From Polyangiales bacterium (GTDB lineage: Bacteria > Myxococcota_A > Polyangia > Polyangiales > Houyiibacteriaceae): 64,000 nucleotides of DNA. The stretch is taken from NCBI GenBank assembly GCA_049645265.1, contig JBARTN010000008.1, positions 33,036 to 97,035 of the forward strand. Reading direction: 5' to 3'. The translations under genes and the position numbers were made by a program. How positions within the stretch are numbered: the first letter of the stretch is position 1; the number at the start of each line of letters is the position of its first letter. The notes under the pieces are model-generated. The model was not told where the DNA came from. It was given only the letters and a program-made list of their open reading frames with translations, and did not search any database. Below are positions 1 to 9,857 of the stretch, piece by piece.

Positions 1-62
1 TGAAGAAGATCGTTGACGGGGCCAAGAGCTGAGCCTTGGCCGTCGTGTGCTAGCGTAAGGAC

Positions 63-1433
63 ATGGTGGCCGCGACGATTCTCGTCGTCGACGACGAACG
101 AAACATTCTGACGTCCGTTTCGCGCGCGCTCGGCCTCGAAGGCTACGAGGTCGAGGTTGCCGGAAGCGCCGAGATCGCACTCCAAAAGCTCGCCAAGCAG
201 AGCTTCGATGCGATTCTGCTCGACGTGCAGCTTCCGGGGATCGACGGGCTCACGATGCTGGACGAGCTGCGCAAGCGGGAGATCATGGCTCCGGTGATCA
301 TGATGAGTGGGCACGCGACCATCGAGGTCGCGATGGAGGCGACAAGACGCGGAGCCGACGATTTCATCGAGAAACCGATCGGTAGCGATCGCCTGGTGCT
401 TTCGCTCAAGCGAAGCCTCGAGCTACGCGAGCTTCAACAGGAGAACCGGGAGCTCCGGCGACGGTATGGGCCGGGCGAATCCTTGCTCGGGCAGAGCCCA
501 TCGATGGGCAGGCTTCGAGAGCAGATCGAGCTGGCCGCGCGCTCGACTGCACCGGTCCTGATTCTGGGTGAGCGGGGCACGGGCAAGGAGCTGGTGGCCG
601 CGGCCATTCACGGCGGCTCCACGCGAGCCAGCGGGCCGCTCGAAAAGCTCAACTGCGCGGCCGTCCCGGAAGGCCTGATCGAAAGCGAGCTCTTCGGGCA
701 TGAAGCGGGCGCGTTCACCGGCGCGACCAAGCAGCGACGCGGCAAGTTCGAGCGGGCACACGGGGGAACCCTCTTCCTCGACGAGGTGGGTGACATGCCG
801 CCACAAATGCAGGCGAAGCTCTTGCGGGTCCTGCAAGAAGGCGAGGTCGAGCGGGTTGGCGCAGGGTCGATCGTAAAAGTCGATGTGCGGGTCGTCGCCG
901 CCACGAACAAGTCTCTCGAAGCGGAAATCGACGCGGGCAGATTTCGTGCAGACCTCTTCGACCGGCTCAATGTCGTGCCCCTGAAGGTGCCGGCGCTGGC
1001 GGAGCGGTCCGACGACATTCCACTTCTCGTGGAGCACTTTCTGGGCTTAGCCTGTGAGGCGCACGACCGTCCAGGCAAGGAGATCACGCCCGGGGCCCTG
1101 CAGGTGCTGGAAGCGTATCGCTACCCTGGCAACGTCAGAGAGCTTCGTAACCTCGTCGAGCGCTTGGTGATCCTGACCCCGGGGGAGATCATCACCGAAG
1201 CGGAGGCCCGGGCACTGCTTCCAATCGACGCGGCTGAGGCCTCAGGCACCTATTTTCAACCGGCAGCGCCCCTTCGTGAGATGCTTGAAACGGCCGAGCG
1301 GGACCTGATCAGCCAGGCGCTCGAGTTACGCGAGGGGCATGTGACGAAGACCGCCGCCGACCTCGGCCTCGAGCGCAGCCACCTCTACAAGAAGATGCGC
1401 GCCCTCGGAATCCGCAAACCCGGATCAGAGTGA
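63..1433 (+). CDS. sigma-54-dependent response regulator (NtrC-family enhancer-binding protein)
   Basis: Receiver domain (ILVVDDE...LLDVQLPGIDG). AAA+ core with Walker A GERGTGKE, the sigma-54 contact motif GAFTGA and Walker B LFLDEVG. C-terminal Fis-type HTH (TKTAADLGLERSHLYKKMRALGI). Confidence 0.93.
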   Translation: MVAATILVVDDERNILTSVSRALGLEGYEVEVAGSAEIALQKLAKQSFDAILLDVQLPGIDGLTMLDELRKREIMAPVIMMSGHATIEVAMEATRRGADDFIEKPIGSDRLVLSLKRSLELRELQQENRELRRRYGPGESLLGQSPSMGRLREQIELAARSTAPVLILGERGTGKELVAAAIHGGSTRASGPLEKLNCAAVPEGLIESELFGHEAGAFTGATKQRRGKFERAHGGTLFLDEVGDMPPQMQAKLLRVLQEGEVERVGAGSIVKVDVRVVAATNKSLEAEIDAGRFRADLFDRLNVVPLKVPALAERSDDIPLLVEHFLGLACEAHDRPGKEITPGALQVLEAYRYPGNVRELRNLVERLVILTPGEIITEAEARALLPIDAAEASGTYFQPAAPLREMLETAERDLISQALELREGHVTKTAADLGLERSHLYKKMRALGIRKPGSE

Positions 1434-1487
1434 CATTGCGTTCTGCTTCGGGGCCGCATACAGATCCCGGGACCAGCCGAGGCCGAG

Positions 1488-2324
1488 TTGCTCGATAATC
1501 TACTCCCAGTCGACCCCGAAGTCGCCGCCCGTATCGAGGCGCTCGATCTCCAATTCAACAAGTTTGGGATCGATCCATACGGCATCGACAAGAACGACTT
1601 GACCCGATTCGTCTCGGCGTTCGCTTGGATCTATCGCTACTACTTCAAGGTCGACGTCTACGGGCTCGACAACGTGCCCTCCAAGGGGAGGGCAGTGCTC
1701 GTAGGAAACCACTCGGGCGGCGTGGCGATCGACGGCGCGATGGTCATGGGTTCGATGCTGCTCGACGCGGAGCCGCCGCGACTCCCCCATGCGATGCTCG
1801 ACAAGTTCATCCACCAGTTTCCAGGGGCATCGCAGCTCATGAGCCGAACGGGGCAGTTCACGGGGAACCCGGATCAAGCCAAACGCCTCCTGAGGGCCGG
1901 GCGCCTCATCCTCGCCTTCCCAGAAGGGGCCCGTGGAACGGCAAAGCTCGCAAAAGACGCGGATTCATTGGTCGGGTTCGGCACCGGATTCATGCGACTG
2001 GCGCTCGAAACCAAGAGCCCAGTCGTGCCCTTCGGCTTCGTCGGGGGCGGAGACGCACTACCCACGGTGGCGAATCTCAAACGGCTCGGCCGGCTCTTCG
2101 GCGTCCCGTACATCCCAGTCACGAAGTGGGGTCTGCTCATCCCCAAGCCCACACGCTTTCAACTGCTCTATGGAAAGCCGATGTTCTTCGAAGGCACCGG
2201 GCATGAGCGCGACGAAGTGGTGTGCGCAATGGTCGAGCAGGTGAAAGAACGAATTGCCGATTTGATTCGACAAGGGCGTCAGCTCCGTGAAAAGCAGATC
2301 TCGGAAGAAGAGCTGGTGCTGTGA
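1488..2324 (+). CDS. PlsC-family lysophospholipid/1-acylglycerol-3-phosphate acyltransferase-like protein
   Basis: Acyltransferase blocks [13 protein letters not shown] and [10 protein letters not shown]. Non-ATG (TTG) start as in the ORF track. The stop overlaps the next start (ATGA at 2321-2324). Confidence 0.7.
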   Translation: MLDNLLPVDPEVAARIEALDLQFNKFGIDPYGIDKNDLTRFVSAFAWIYRYYFKVDVYGLDNVPSKGRAVLVGNHSGGVAIDGAMVMGSMLLDAEPPRLPHAMLDKFIHQFPGASQLMSRTGQFTGNPDQAKRLLRAGRLILAFPEGARGTAKLAKDADSLVGFGTGFMRLALETKSPVVPFGFVGGGDALPTVANLKRLGRLFGVPYIPVTKWGLLIPKPTRFQLLYGKPMFFEGTGHERDEVVCAMVEQVKERIADLIRQGRQLREKQISEEELVL

Positions 2325-3238
2325 TGAAGGTTTTGGTCACAGGTATCGCGGGGACGCTCGGACGCCTGGCTGCGCTGAAGCTACTTCGACACGGGTACGA
2401 AGTGATTGGCATCGACCGACGACCTTGGCTCGAAGCCCCCGAAGAGATCGAAATCGTCGAAGCCGATATCCGCAAGCGGCCCGCAGAAGACGTGTTTCGG
2501 ACCCATCGGCCCGACGCCGCAATCCACATGGCCACGGTCACCCACCTCGTGACACAAAGCCCGGACCGGATGCGCGTGAACCTCTACGGCACCCGCGCCT
2601 TCATCCATCACTGCGATAGCTATGGGGTGAAGCAGGCGGTTTTCGTCGGGCGACACACGTTCTATGGCGCGGCGGCCGACTCGCCGCTCTACCACACCGA
2701 AGACGAGCCCCCGATGTCGGCTCACACTTTCCCCGAGTTGGCCGACCTGGTCGCAGCGGACCTCTACGCCGCCTCGGCGCTATGGCGCTACCCGGAGATC
2801 GCGACTTCGGTCTTGCGAATCGTCTACACGCTCGGCCCGAGCAAGCATGGGACACTCGCCTCGTTCCTGCATGGCCCGAACGTGCCGCTGATCATGGGCT
2901 TCGACCCGCTCTTTCAGTTCATCCACGAAGAAGACGCCGCCGAAGCGATCGTCTGCGCCCTCGCCCACAAGCTCCACGGCATCTACAACGTCTCGGGCCC
3001 AACGCCCGTGCCGCTCTCGACCATCGTGCGGGCGGCCGGCCGCCGACCACTCCGCGTGCCCGCAACGGTTTTCAAGTTGGGCGTGGGTCGGCTCGGGCTC
3101 CCCCACATTCCGGCCGGCGCGGTCGATCATTTGAAGTACCCCATCGTCGTCGACAGCGATCCATTCCGCCGAGCCACCCGCTTCACCTACCAATACGACG
3201 AACGCGAAACCATCAACAGCTTCCGCACAGCGCGCTGA
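2321..3238 (+). CDS. NAD-dependent epimerase/dehydratase (extended SDR) family protein
   Basis: N-terminal Rossmann motif [12 protein letters not shown]. Its 305-aa size is typical of the family. Translationally coupled to the acyltransferase gene. Confidence 0.75.
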   Translation: MMKVLVTGIAGTLGRLAALKLLRHGYEVIGIDRRPWLEAPEEIEIVEADIRKRPAEDVFRTHRPDAAIHMATVTHLVTQSPDRMRVNLYGTRAFIHHCDSYGVKQAVFVGRHTFYGAAADSPLYHTEDEPPMSAHTFPELADLVAADLYAASALWRYPEIATSVLRIVYTLGPSKHGTLASFLHGPNVPLIMGFDPLFQFIHEEDAAEAIVCALAHKLHGIYNVSGPTPVPLSTIVRAAGRRPLRVPATVFKLGVGRLGLPHIPAGAVDHLKYPIVVDSDPFRRATRFTYQYDERETINSFRTAR

Positions 3239-3274
3239 GCACGCCGAACGCGAACCGCCGGGCTCGGCATAGAC

Positions 3275-3310
3275 GCTGGCACTGGCGCTGGCACTGGCGC
3301 TGGCGCTGGC
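3275..3310. repeat. hexanucleotide microsatellite (RCTGGC) x6
   Basis: Direct reading gives gctggc actggc gctggc actggc gctggc gctggc, in the 146-nt gap between the epimerase and kinase genes. Confidence 0.9.
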
Positions 3311-3319
3311 ACGTCCACG

Positions 3320-3332
3320 CCCCCCCCCCCCC
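3320..3332. repeat. homopolymeric C13 tract
   Basis: I counted 13 consecutive C residues, starting 52 nt upstream of the Ser/Thr kinase ATG at 3385. Confidence 0.9.
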
Positions 3333-3384
3333 GGAATTGCACCTTTTTTGACGGAACCAGCCGGCCCGTCCGATCGTCCCGAAG

Positions 3385-4353
3385 ATGTCGGCATCGGCTG
3401 AGCGCAGTGAGCTTCGGGGTCAGATCCTCGACGGCCGCTATCTAATCGGAAACGCGATTGGCATTGGCGGCACCGGAATTGTCTTCGAGGCCGAGCGCTT
3501 GGCGACCCTCGAACGGGTCGTCATCAAGATGCTCCGGCCGACTCACTCCGGCAATCCAGACTTGATGAGCCGCGTTCGGCGTGAAATCGAGGTCGCTCGC
3601 CGCGTTTTCCACCCGGGCATCGTCCCGGTGATCGATCACGGCACCCTCCATGACGACTCGCCATATCTGGTGATGAAGCACATGCGCTCTGAAAGCTTGT
3701 CGTCCTACCTGCGGCGCTGCGGCCCGCTGAACGGACCCGAGATTTCGGTGATCATGGCGCGGCTTGCGTCGATCCTGCACAGCGTGCACCGACACGGCTA
3801 CGTCCACCGCGACATCAAACCCGAGCACATCCTGCTCAATAGCGGCGGTTATGGCGAGCTCGACGTACATCTTCTCGACTTTGGCGTCTGCGCGGCGGAC
3901 TCCGCGCCTGCCGACGAGCGCGCCAGGGAGCGCGGCCGCGTCTACGGCACCCCGAGCTATTCCTCACCCGAGCAGGCCGCCGGCAACCCATATGTCGACG
4001 CGCGGGCTGACCTCTTCGGTGTCGGCATCACGATGTTCGAGGCCCTCACCGGCAAGCTCCCGTTCACCGGCTCCGACGTAACGGCGGTCCTCCGCCGGAT
4101 CATCCGCGAAGATGCGCCGCGCGCGAAGGTTCTATCGCCCTACGTCGACGACGGGATGGACTGCCTCGTCGCGAAGCTCCTGAGCCGCACGCCAGCAACC
4201 CGTTACCCTTCGGCGCGCGCCCTGATGCGTGCGCTCGACCCCTGGCTCGCGGACCGAATCCAGACGGAGCGCGCCCTCGCGGCGACGCTGCATGTCGCCG
4301 CGGACACCAGCAGCATTCGTCCGACCGCGCGACACGAGATGGTCGCCGCCTAG
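3385..4353 (+). CDS. Hanks-type Ser/Thr protein kinase
   Basis: Gly-loop GIGGTGIVF, VIKM lysine, catalytic loop HRDIKPEHILL, DFG, and GTPSYSSPEQ in the activation/P+1 segment. Confidence 0.9.
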   Translation: MSASAERSELRGQILDGRYLIGNAIGIGGTGIVFEAERLATLERVVIKMLRPTHSGNPDLMSRVRREIEVARRVFHPGIVPVIDHGTLHDDSPYLVMKHMRSESLSSYLRRCGPLNGPEISVIMARLASILHSVHRHGYVHRDIKPEHILLNSGGYGELDVHLLDFGVCAADSAPADERARERGRVYGTPSYSSPEQAAGNPYVDARADLFGVGITMFEALTGKLPFTGSDVTAVLRRIIREDAPRAKVLSPYVDDGMDCLVAKLLSRTPATRYPSARALMRALDPWLADRIQTERALAATLHVAADTSSIRPTARHEMVAA

Positions 4354-5282
4354 TCTTCGACGCCACTTCGACTGAGCGCGTCGATCAAGCCACCGACGTC
4401 CGCGGGCGCCGCCATCGCGTGGTAGCCCTTGTCGACGTAGAGAACGGTGCCGGTGATGCCGCTGGCCAGCGGGCTGCACAGGAACGCCGCAGCGTTTCCC
4501 ACTTCTTCGGCGCGCAGCGCATCGGGCAGAGGCGCGTTCATCTCATAGTACTTGATCATCTTGTCGATGAAACCGATCGCGGACGCGGCTCTCGATGCAA
4601 AGGGACCGGCCGAGATCACATTGACCCGATGCCCCCACTCGCGGCCCAACTCGAGAGCCAACATGCGCGCATCGGTTTCGAGCGCAGCTTTGGCGGACGC
4701 CATCCCGCCACCATAGTCGGCGATGACTCCCTGACTCGCGAGATACGAGAGCCCCAAAAATGCGCCTTCGCTACGCATGAGGGGTCGCAAGCGTTGCGCG
4801 AGCGAGATGAACGAATACGCGCTGGCACCGTGCGCTGCGAGATACCCTTTGCGGCTGGTCTGCATCAGCGGCTTGTTGACCTCGGGGCCGTTCGCGAGGC
4901 TGTGCACGACGATATCGAGGCAGGAATCGCCGAAGTCCTCGCGGAGCTTCTGGACCACGCCGTCTACGCTGAAATCGCCCCGGTCGCGGTAGCGCTTCTG
5001 CGCGCGAAGCTCTTCGGGCGCGTCCTGGAGTGAATCGTACTCGGCGTCGAGCGCGTAGATCTTTTCGAGCTCGAACTTGCTGCCGTCGGGCATCCGCAGT
5101 GAAGCGTCGAGCTTCCCACGCCGGAGCAGGGTCTCGAAGATCCCGAGCGCCGGCGGCCAGGTGCCCACGCAGACCGAAGCTCCAGCCATGGCAAGCGCCT
5201 TCGCAATCGCAAAGCCGAAGCCGCCATCGTCGGCCACACCTGCAACGAACGCTCGCTTCCCCGAAAGGTCGATCGGCAACAT
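4350..5282 (-). CDS. fabI: enoyl-[acyl-carrier-protein] reductase (NADH), long plant/chlamydia-like FabI type
   Basis: N-terminal AFVAGVADDGGFGFAIAK dinucleotide motif. Active-site string DYGGGMASAKAALE (Tyr...Lys). Its stop shares the tetranucleotide CTAG with the convergent kinase stop. Confidence 0.85.
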   Translation of the reverse strand: MLPIDLSGKRAFVAGVADDGGFGFAIAKALAMAGASVCVGTWPPALGIFETLLRRGKLDASLRMPDGSKFELEKIYALDAEYDSLQDAPEELRAQKRYRDRGDFSVDGVVQKLREDFGDSCLDIVVHSLANGPEVNKPLMQTSRKGYLAAHGASAYSFISLAQRLRPLMRSEGAFLGLSYLASQGVIADYGGGMASAKAALETDARMLALELGREWGHRVNVISAGPFASRAASAIGFIDKMIKYYEMNAPLPDALRAEEVGNAAAFLCSPLASGITGTVLYVDKGYHAMAAPADVGGLIDALSRSGVED

Positions 5283-5329
5283 GCGCGGAACCTTATCGCC
5301 AGACTCGACAAACCGCTACACTCCGCGCC

Positions 5330-6790
5330 ATGGAGAAGAAGGACCAGGGGGTCGAGTACGATCGAGTCGCCGACGAGTACTTTGCGAACCGTGGTTTGCG
5401 GCGCTATGCCGGGGTCTGGTCCCTCTGGGCTCTCGGCGTCGGCGCCGTGATTTCCGGGGACTTTTTCGGATGGAACTTCGGCCTGGCCGCCGGTGGTTTC
5501 GGCGGGCTTCTCATCGCCACCCTCCTCATCACGGTCATGTACGTCGGCCTGTGCTTCAGCATCGCCGAAATGGCCGCCGCCCTTCCCCACACGGGCGGTG
5601 CCTACTCGTTTGCCCGCTCTGCCATGGGTCCCTGGGGCGCGTACATCACCGGCCTCGCCGAGAACATGGAGTACATCCTGACGCCTGCGGTGATCGTCGT
5701 CGGCATCGGTGGTTACCTCGGCGCGATTTTCGGCACGTCAGAAAGTATGGAGCCCCTCTGGTGGCTCGCGGCCTACGCGGCGTTCGTCGGCCTCAACGTC
5801 GTCGGGGTCGAGACGACCTTCCGCTTCACCGTCTTGATTACGGCCTTGGCCCTTGGGATCCTCGTCGTGTTCTGGGTCGCGGCGATTCCCCACTTCGATC
5901 TCGACTGGGCACTCAACATCGAGCCTGAGGCCGGTCAGACCCGCTGGCTTCCGTACGGCAGCGCAGGCGTTCTCTCGGCGCTGCCGTTCGCAATTTGGTT
6001 CTTCCTCGCGATTGAGCAACTACCTCTTGCCGCCGAAGAAGCGCACGCACCGGCTCGCGACCTACCCCGTGGCTTGCTCTATGGCTTGCTTACCTTGATC
6101 ATAGCAGCGTTTCTCACGCTCTTTCTGAACAGCGGCATCGCTCCGGGCTCTGCCCAACTCGGCTCATCCGCAGAGCCGCTATTCGATGGCTTCCAGACGA
6201 TTTTCGGCGCGGGCCTCGGCGCGAAGCTTCTCGCTCTGGTCGCCGTGACCGGCCTGATCGCGAGCTTTCACAGCATCATCTTCGCCTACGGCCGGCAGAT
6301 TTTTTCCCTCTCGCGCGCAGGTTACTTCCCGCGATGGCTCTCCCGCACGCACCCGCGCCGCAAGACGCCGCACATCGCGCTCTTGTCCGGCGCCTTCCTC
6401 GGTTATCTGGTCGCATACGGCATCCATGCGCTCGGCCCCGAGCATCCGGTTGGCGCCGTGCTGCTCAACATGGCGGTCTTCGGCGCAGTGATCGCCTACG
6501 TGCTCCAAATGGTTTCATACATCTTGCTGCGGCTTCGCCTGCCCGACATCGAGCGCCCTTACAAAAGCCCGATCGGGGTGCCGGGTGCGGTCGTGGCGTT
6601 GCTGATTGCCTTGGTGACCCTGGTCGCGCTCTTCGTGACCGACCCCATCTACCAGAGGGTCGTGATTGGCGCAGCGGTTTGGTATGGCCTAGGCCTTCTC
6701 TGGTTCGCAGTCTACGCACGGCGCAGGCTCGTGCTGGCACCCGAAGAATCTTTCGCGGTTTCTGCGCACGATTCTCGGGACGAGCCTTAG
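5330..6790 (+). CDS. APC-superfamily permease, ethanolamine-permease-like
   Basis: Multi-TM protein with LWALGVGAVISGDFFGWNFGLAAGG near the N-terminus. I moved the start to ATG 5330 (MEKKDQG) because the first 100 codons of track ORF 5030.. are Arg-rich and lie antisense to fabI. Confidence 0.8.
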   Translation: MEKKDQGVEYDRVADEYFANRGLRRYAGVWSLWALGVGAVISGDFFGWNFGLAAGGFGGLLIATLLITVMYVGLCFSIAEMAAALPHTGGAYSFARSAMGPWGAYITGLAENMEYILTPAVIVVGIGGYLGAIFGTSESMEPLWWLAAYAAFVGLNVVGVETTFRFTVLITALALGILVVFWVAAIPHFDLDWALNIEPEAGQTRWLPYGSAGVLSALPFAIWFFLAIEQLPLAAEEAHAPARDLPRGLLYGLLTLIIAAFLTLFLNSGIAPGSAQLGSSAEPLFDGFQTIFGAGLGAKLLALVAVTGLIASFHSIIFAYGRQIFSLSRAGYFPRWLSRTHPRRKTPHIALLSGAFLGYLVAYGIHALGPEHPVGAVLLNMAVFGAVIAYVLQMVSYILLRLRLPDIERPYKSPIGVPGAVVALLIALVTLVALFVTDPIYQRVVIGAAVWYGLGLLWFAVYARRRLVLAPEESFAVSAHDSRDEP

Positions 6791-6811
6791 CCAACGTGCC
6801 AAGCTCCGGCC

Positions 6812-7297
6812 ATGCAGGTTCTGCTGGTGCGGCATGCGAATGCGGTCGACACGGGGTCCGCGCGGACGGACTACGAGCGCTGGCTGACCGACGGCGGCCG
6901 ACAGACGATGACCAGGGTCGGCGAGGCGCTCGCGAGAATGGATCTGCGATATTCCTGGATCTACACGAGCCCGCTAGTGCGCGCGGTCCAAACCGCCGAG
7001 ATTCTAGCCGCCACCCAGCCAGGGTTCGACGGTCCGCTCGAAGTGCTGAGCGCCCTCTCGTCGGAGGAAGGCAGCGCCGCACAAGCCCTCGAACCGCTCG
7101 ATCATGCGGCGGCTGACGATCTCATCGTCATGGTCACCCACATGCCCAAGGTGGGTGTCCTCGCAGCGCATCTCGGCCAGCTCGCCACGGCCCCTTCGTT
7201 TCGAACAGCCTCTGCCTGCTTGCTGAGCCTCGAAGACGGCAAGGGCCGCTTGGAGTGGATGCTGGATCCGGACACCTGCGAGCTCAGGCAGGCTTGA
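6812..7297 (+). CDS. sixA: phosphohistidine phosphatase SixA-like (histidine phosphatase superfamily)
   Basis: MQVLLVRHANA (RHG-type motif), YTSPLVRAVQTAEI and VTHMP. The size is about 160 aa. Confidence 0.75.
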   Translation: MQVLLVRHANAVDTGSARTDYERWLTDGGRQTMTRVGEALARMDLRYSWIYTSPLVRAVQTAEILAATQPGFDGPLEVLSALSSEEGSAAQALEPLDHAAADDLIVMVTHMPKVGVLAAHLGQLATAPSFRTASACLLSLEDGKGRLEWMLDPDTCELRQA

Positions 7298-7319
7298 CGC
7301 CCTGGGCGTTCCGAGCCGG

Positions 7320-9407
7320 CTAGACGGTGCAGACCTGGTTGCGGCCGCGGTTCTTCGCTTCGTAGAGCGCCTTGTCCCCTTGGACGAACAGGTCCGGCGC
7401 GGTCGACGCGTGGTCGGGAAAGGTCGCCACGCCAAGCGAAGCCGTCACCCGCAACGGGCCGAGCTCGGTCTGTAGCTCGGTGCCCTCGAGCTCCTCCCGC
7501 ACACGCTCAGCAAGCAGTTCAGCGCCCCGCGAGTCGGTTTCCTCGCAGAGCACGCAGAACTCTTCCCCGCCAAATCGGGCTACGATGTCGGTTTCCCGCT
7601 TCACCCGCCGGAGCAGCTGGCCGAGCTCCTGGAGGACTCGGTCGCCCGCGGCGTGCCCATAAGTGTCGTTGACAGCCTTGAAATGGTCGAGGTCGGTCAC
7701 GATCACCGAGAGCTTTCGGCCGAATCGCTGCGCTGCGAGGAGCTTTTGTTCCATCTGGTCGAGAAACGCACGCTTGTTCAGACAACCGGTTAGCCCGTCG
7801 GTGGTCGCGAGCTCTTCGAGCTGGCGAACGAGGCGCGCATTCGCCATCGCTACCGCAAGATGGTTGGACAGCGCTTGGAGCGTGGCGCGTACCGGCGCTC
7901 CAAACGCACCGGGCCTTTTCGCTGCAACGATCAAAGTCCCGATCGGTTCCTCGCGAACCACCAAGGGCAAGACCAGGAGCGACTCCATCCCCTTGAGCTT
8001 GGCCTTCTTGGTGAAGAGCACCTGCTGCTTCGAATCGAACTCGCCGCGGTACGGCAGGTAGTGCCGGTTCTTGACCACCATGGCGGTGAGCGAAGTGTTG
8101 TCGCGAAACCGAAGGCCGTGAAAGTCGAGGGCGCGCTCCCCTGATGCGCGCCGGACCGTGTGCCGCCGGCCCTCGGGCTGATACTCGGTGATCGCGGCAA
8201 AGTCGTGTGGCGCGATCTCCTTCGCTGCTTTCAAACCCACTTCCATGACTGCGTCTTGCGTTCGCGCAGTGCTGAGGTCCTGAGAGACGCGGTACAGGAT
8301 CTCCTGCTCGACCTTCGAGCGTTCGAGCTGCACGAAGACGCGTTCGTTTTCGAATGCGCGGAGGACGTGCGAGGTGCTGTCGCGAAGGAGCTCTTCTTCC
8401 TCGGGGCTAAACCCGCGGTCGACGACTCGGTCGGCGCAGAGCACGGCCCGAAGATGACCCCGCTCGAGAACCGGAACGGCAATGAAGGATCGCACGGTCG
8501 CGGGCCCACGATAGTAGCAAATCCCAAGATATCCTGCGCGAATCTCCGGAAGGTTGGTGGTCAGCTTACGGCGGACGGCCGCGCCCACGGCGCCCGCTCC
8601 TAAGGAGAATGGGCCGTCGGCCAGGTCGTCACTCTTCGACACCAACTCGACGATCCGAAGCTGTTCGGGCTCGTCGGTCGGCATCAGGAGCACACAAGTA
8701 TGGAGGTCGAGCGTCTGATGGAGCAGCTGCAGCGCGTGGTAAAGCGCCTGGCGAACCTCCTGGACGCTGGTCTGGTAGAGACGGTCCTCATCCCTCGCCC
8801 CGCCCGACGAAGGTGCGACTAAACGAAAGAGCCGGGTATCGTCGCGCACCTTTGCGTTTTGGGCTTCGAGCTCGAGTGCCGACTTGCGGCGAACGCGAAC
8901 AATCTCGGCCCGCGTGAACAAGTAGCTGAGCACGCCAAAGCCAGCCGTGAAGAGCGCATTCAGCCCGAGGAGCAGAGGATCGCGAACTTGCTCGCCGAGG
9001 AACGCCGTGGCGAACCCCAGCACGAGTGCGAAGACGACGAGACCGATGCTGGCTCGCCCTGTCGCAAACGAGGCGACGAGCGCGACGGCGACGTAGCTCA
9101 ACGGATAGAGCTCGCTAGCGACGCCGCCGCGAAGCTGAATCAGGGCCTGGACGCCGACGATCAGAAAAACGCCGAGCTCGAATGCCGACTTCTCGTCGGT
9201 GTCGTGCCGATGCGCGTTTCGTGCACGGTAGCCGAAGAGAGCCCCCCAGCCGGCGAGCCAGGCCAGGTGCCCCCATCCGAGGGCCCGGCTTCCCGGAAGA
9301 AAGAAGCCCCCGAGCAAGAAGGCGGCGAGCAGAAACGCCGCGGCCAATCCCCATGTCGACCGCGCTGTGCGCCTTACGCGAAGCGCTGCCTGGACCAGGG
9401 CCGTCAT
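7320..9407 (-). CDS. membrane-bound GAF-domain diguanylate cyclase (GGDEF)
   Basis: Hydrophobic N-terminal third and central GAF-like regions. The C-terminal GGDEF domain has active site RFGGEEFCVL, with an RxxD I-site (RETD) five residues upstream. Confidence 0.88.
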   Translation of the reverse strand: MTALVQAALRVRRTARSTWGLAAAFLLAAFLLGGFFLPGSRALGWGHLAWLAGWGALFGYRARNAHRHDTDEKSAFELGVFLIVGVQALIQLRGGVASELYPLSYVAVALVASFATGRASIGLVVFALVLGFATAFLGEQVRDPLLLGLNALFTAGFGVLSYLFTRAEIVRVRRKSALELEAQNAKVRDDTRLFRLVAPSSGGARDEDRLYQTSVQEVRQALYHALQLLHQTLDLHTCVLLMPTDEPEQLRIVELVSKSDDLADGPFSLGAGAVGAAVRRKLTTNLPEIRAGYLGICYYRGPATVRSFIAVPVLERGHLRAVLCADRVVDRGFSPEEEELLRDSTSHVLRAFENERVFVQLERSKVEQEILYRVSQDLSTARTQDAVMEVGLKAAKEIAPHDFAAITEYQPEGRRHTVRRASGERALDFHGLRFRDNTSLTAMVVKNRHYLPYRGEFDSKQQVLFTKKAKLKGMESLLVLPLVVREEPIGTLIVAAKRPGAFGAPVRATLQALSNHLAVAMANARLVRQLEELATTDGLTGCLNKRAFLDQMEQKLLAAQRFGRKLSVIVTDLDHFKAVNDTYGHAAGDRVLQELGQLLRRVKRETDIVARFGGEEFCVLCEETDSRGAELLAERVREELEGTELQTELGPLRVTASLGVATFPDHASTAPDLFVQGDKALYEAKNRGRNQVCTV

Positions 9408-9461
9408 ACCAGAGCGGTGTTACGCTCCGACCCATCCGTTCAGCAAGAAATCCGCCGGAGT

Positions 9462-9478
9462 GTGGGCTTTGGGCCCAC
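9462..9478 (-). terminator. hairpin immediately downstream of the ftsB stop (weak terminator candidate)
   Basis: gtgggc-tttgg-gcccac forms a perfect 6-bp stem with a 5-nt loop next to the stop at 9479-9481. There is no clear U-tract. Confidence 0.3.
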
Positions 9479-9781
9479 CTAGGGGCGCGGGAACTGAAAG
9501 ACGAACTCCTCGGCCCGAACCATCCCCAGCTCGTCCCTGGCGATGTGTTCGACGTAGCTGGGGTCGCTGCGGAGGGCGTCGATCTCGGCCTTGAGCGTGG
9601 CGATCTCGCGGACCAGCTCCTCATTGGATTCTCGGAGCTCCTGAAGCTCCGCGCTGAGGTGCCGGTAGCGGGGCAGGCCCTGCTCATCGAGGACCAGCGT
9701 GGGAACGGTCATCACGGCCATGACCATCAAGGCAAATGGAAGAAGCGCTGCGCTTGGTCTCACGGGCTGAACCTGCCGCAA
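9479..9781 (-). CDS. ftsB: septum formation initiator FtsB/DivIC-family protein
   Basis: Single N-terminal TM segment (AALLPFALMVMAVMTVPTLVL). A coiled coil follows, then the C-terminal SDPSYVEHIARDELGMV motif. TTG start. Confidence 0.7.
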   Translation of the reverse strand: MRQVQPVRPSAALLPFALMVMAVMTVPTLVLDEQGLPRYRHLSAELQELRESNEELVREIATLKAEIDALRSDPSYVEHIARDELGMVRAEEFVFQFPRP

Positions 9782-9820
9782 TGCGGGTCAGCGGGCAATT
9801 TTCTGCCCAGTTTCGCGGGC

Positions 9821-9848
9821 TTGACAGAACCCGCGCAGCTTCTACTTT
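9821..9848 (+). promoter_or_regulatory. possible sigma-70-like promoter of hrcA
   Basis: TTGACA (9821-9826), a 16-nt spacer, then TACTTT (9843-9848). It ends only 9 nt before the GTG start at 9858. Confidence 0.25.
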
Positions 9849-9857
9849 GCTTAAAGC

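Noticed and set aside
1-32. Possible 3' end of an upstream gene (...KKIVDGAKS* ending at nt 32).
   Set aside because: Only 10 codons are visible, which is too short to support any call.
3278-3320. TGGCAC strings within the microsatellite as a sigma-54 promoter (an NtrC-type activator is encoded at 63..1433).
   Set aside because: There is no TTGC element at the required spacing after any TGGCAC. The matches are a by-product of the RCTGGC repeat.
4350-4353. Convergent genes whose stop codons share the palindrome CTAG. The same occurs at 43784-43787.
   Set aside because: The overlap is real, but it is a trivial consequence of TAG stops on both strands. No functional inference is justified.
5030-5329. 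Long N-terminal extensions of track ORFs: 5030.., 14396..15673, 15454..16971, 35746..37086, 34406.., 38625.., 48393.., 49289.., 53973.., 59615.., 41076..42200 and 44281..45123.
   Set aside because: The extensions are low-complexity and Arg-rich, and they overlap neighbouring genes. Internal ATG/GTG starts reproduce the canonical N-termini (for example MPELPDVE for Fpg and MLDLRHV for SerS), often with ATGA/GTGA coupling.
7298-7319. acgcc-ctg-ggcgt mini-hairpin between sixA and the diguanylate cyclase gene.
   Set aside because: A 5-bp stem with a 3-nt loop and no U-tract is not distinguishable from chance in GC-rich DNA.
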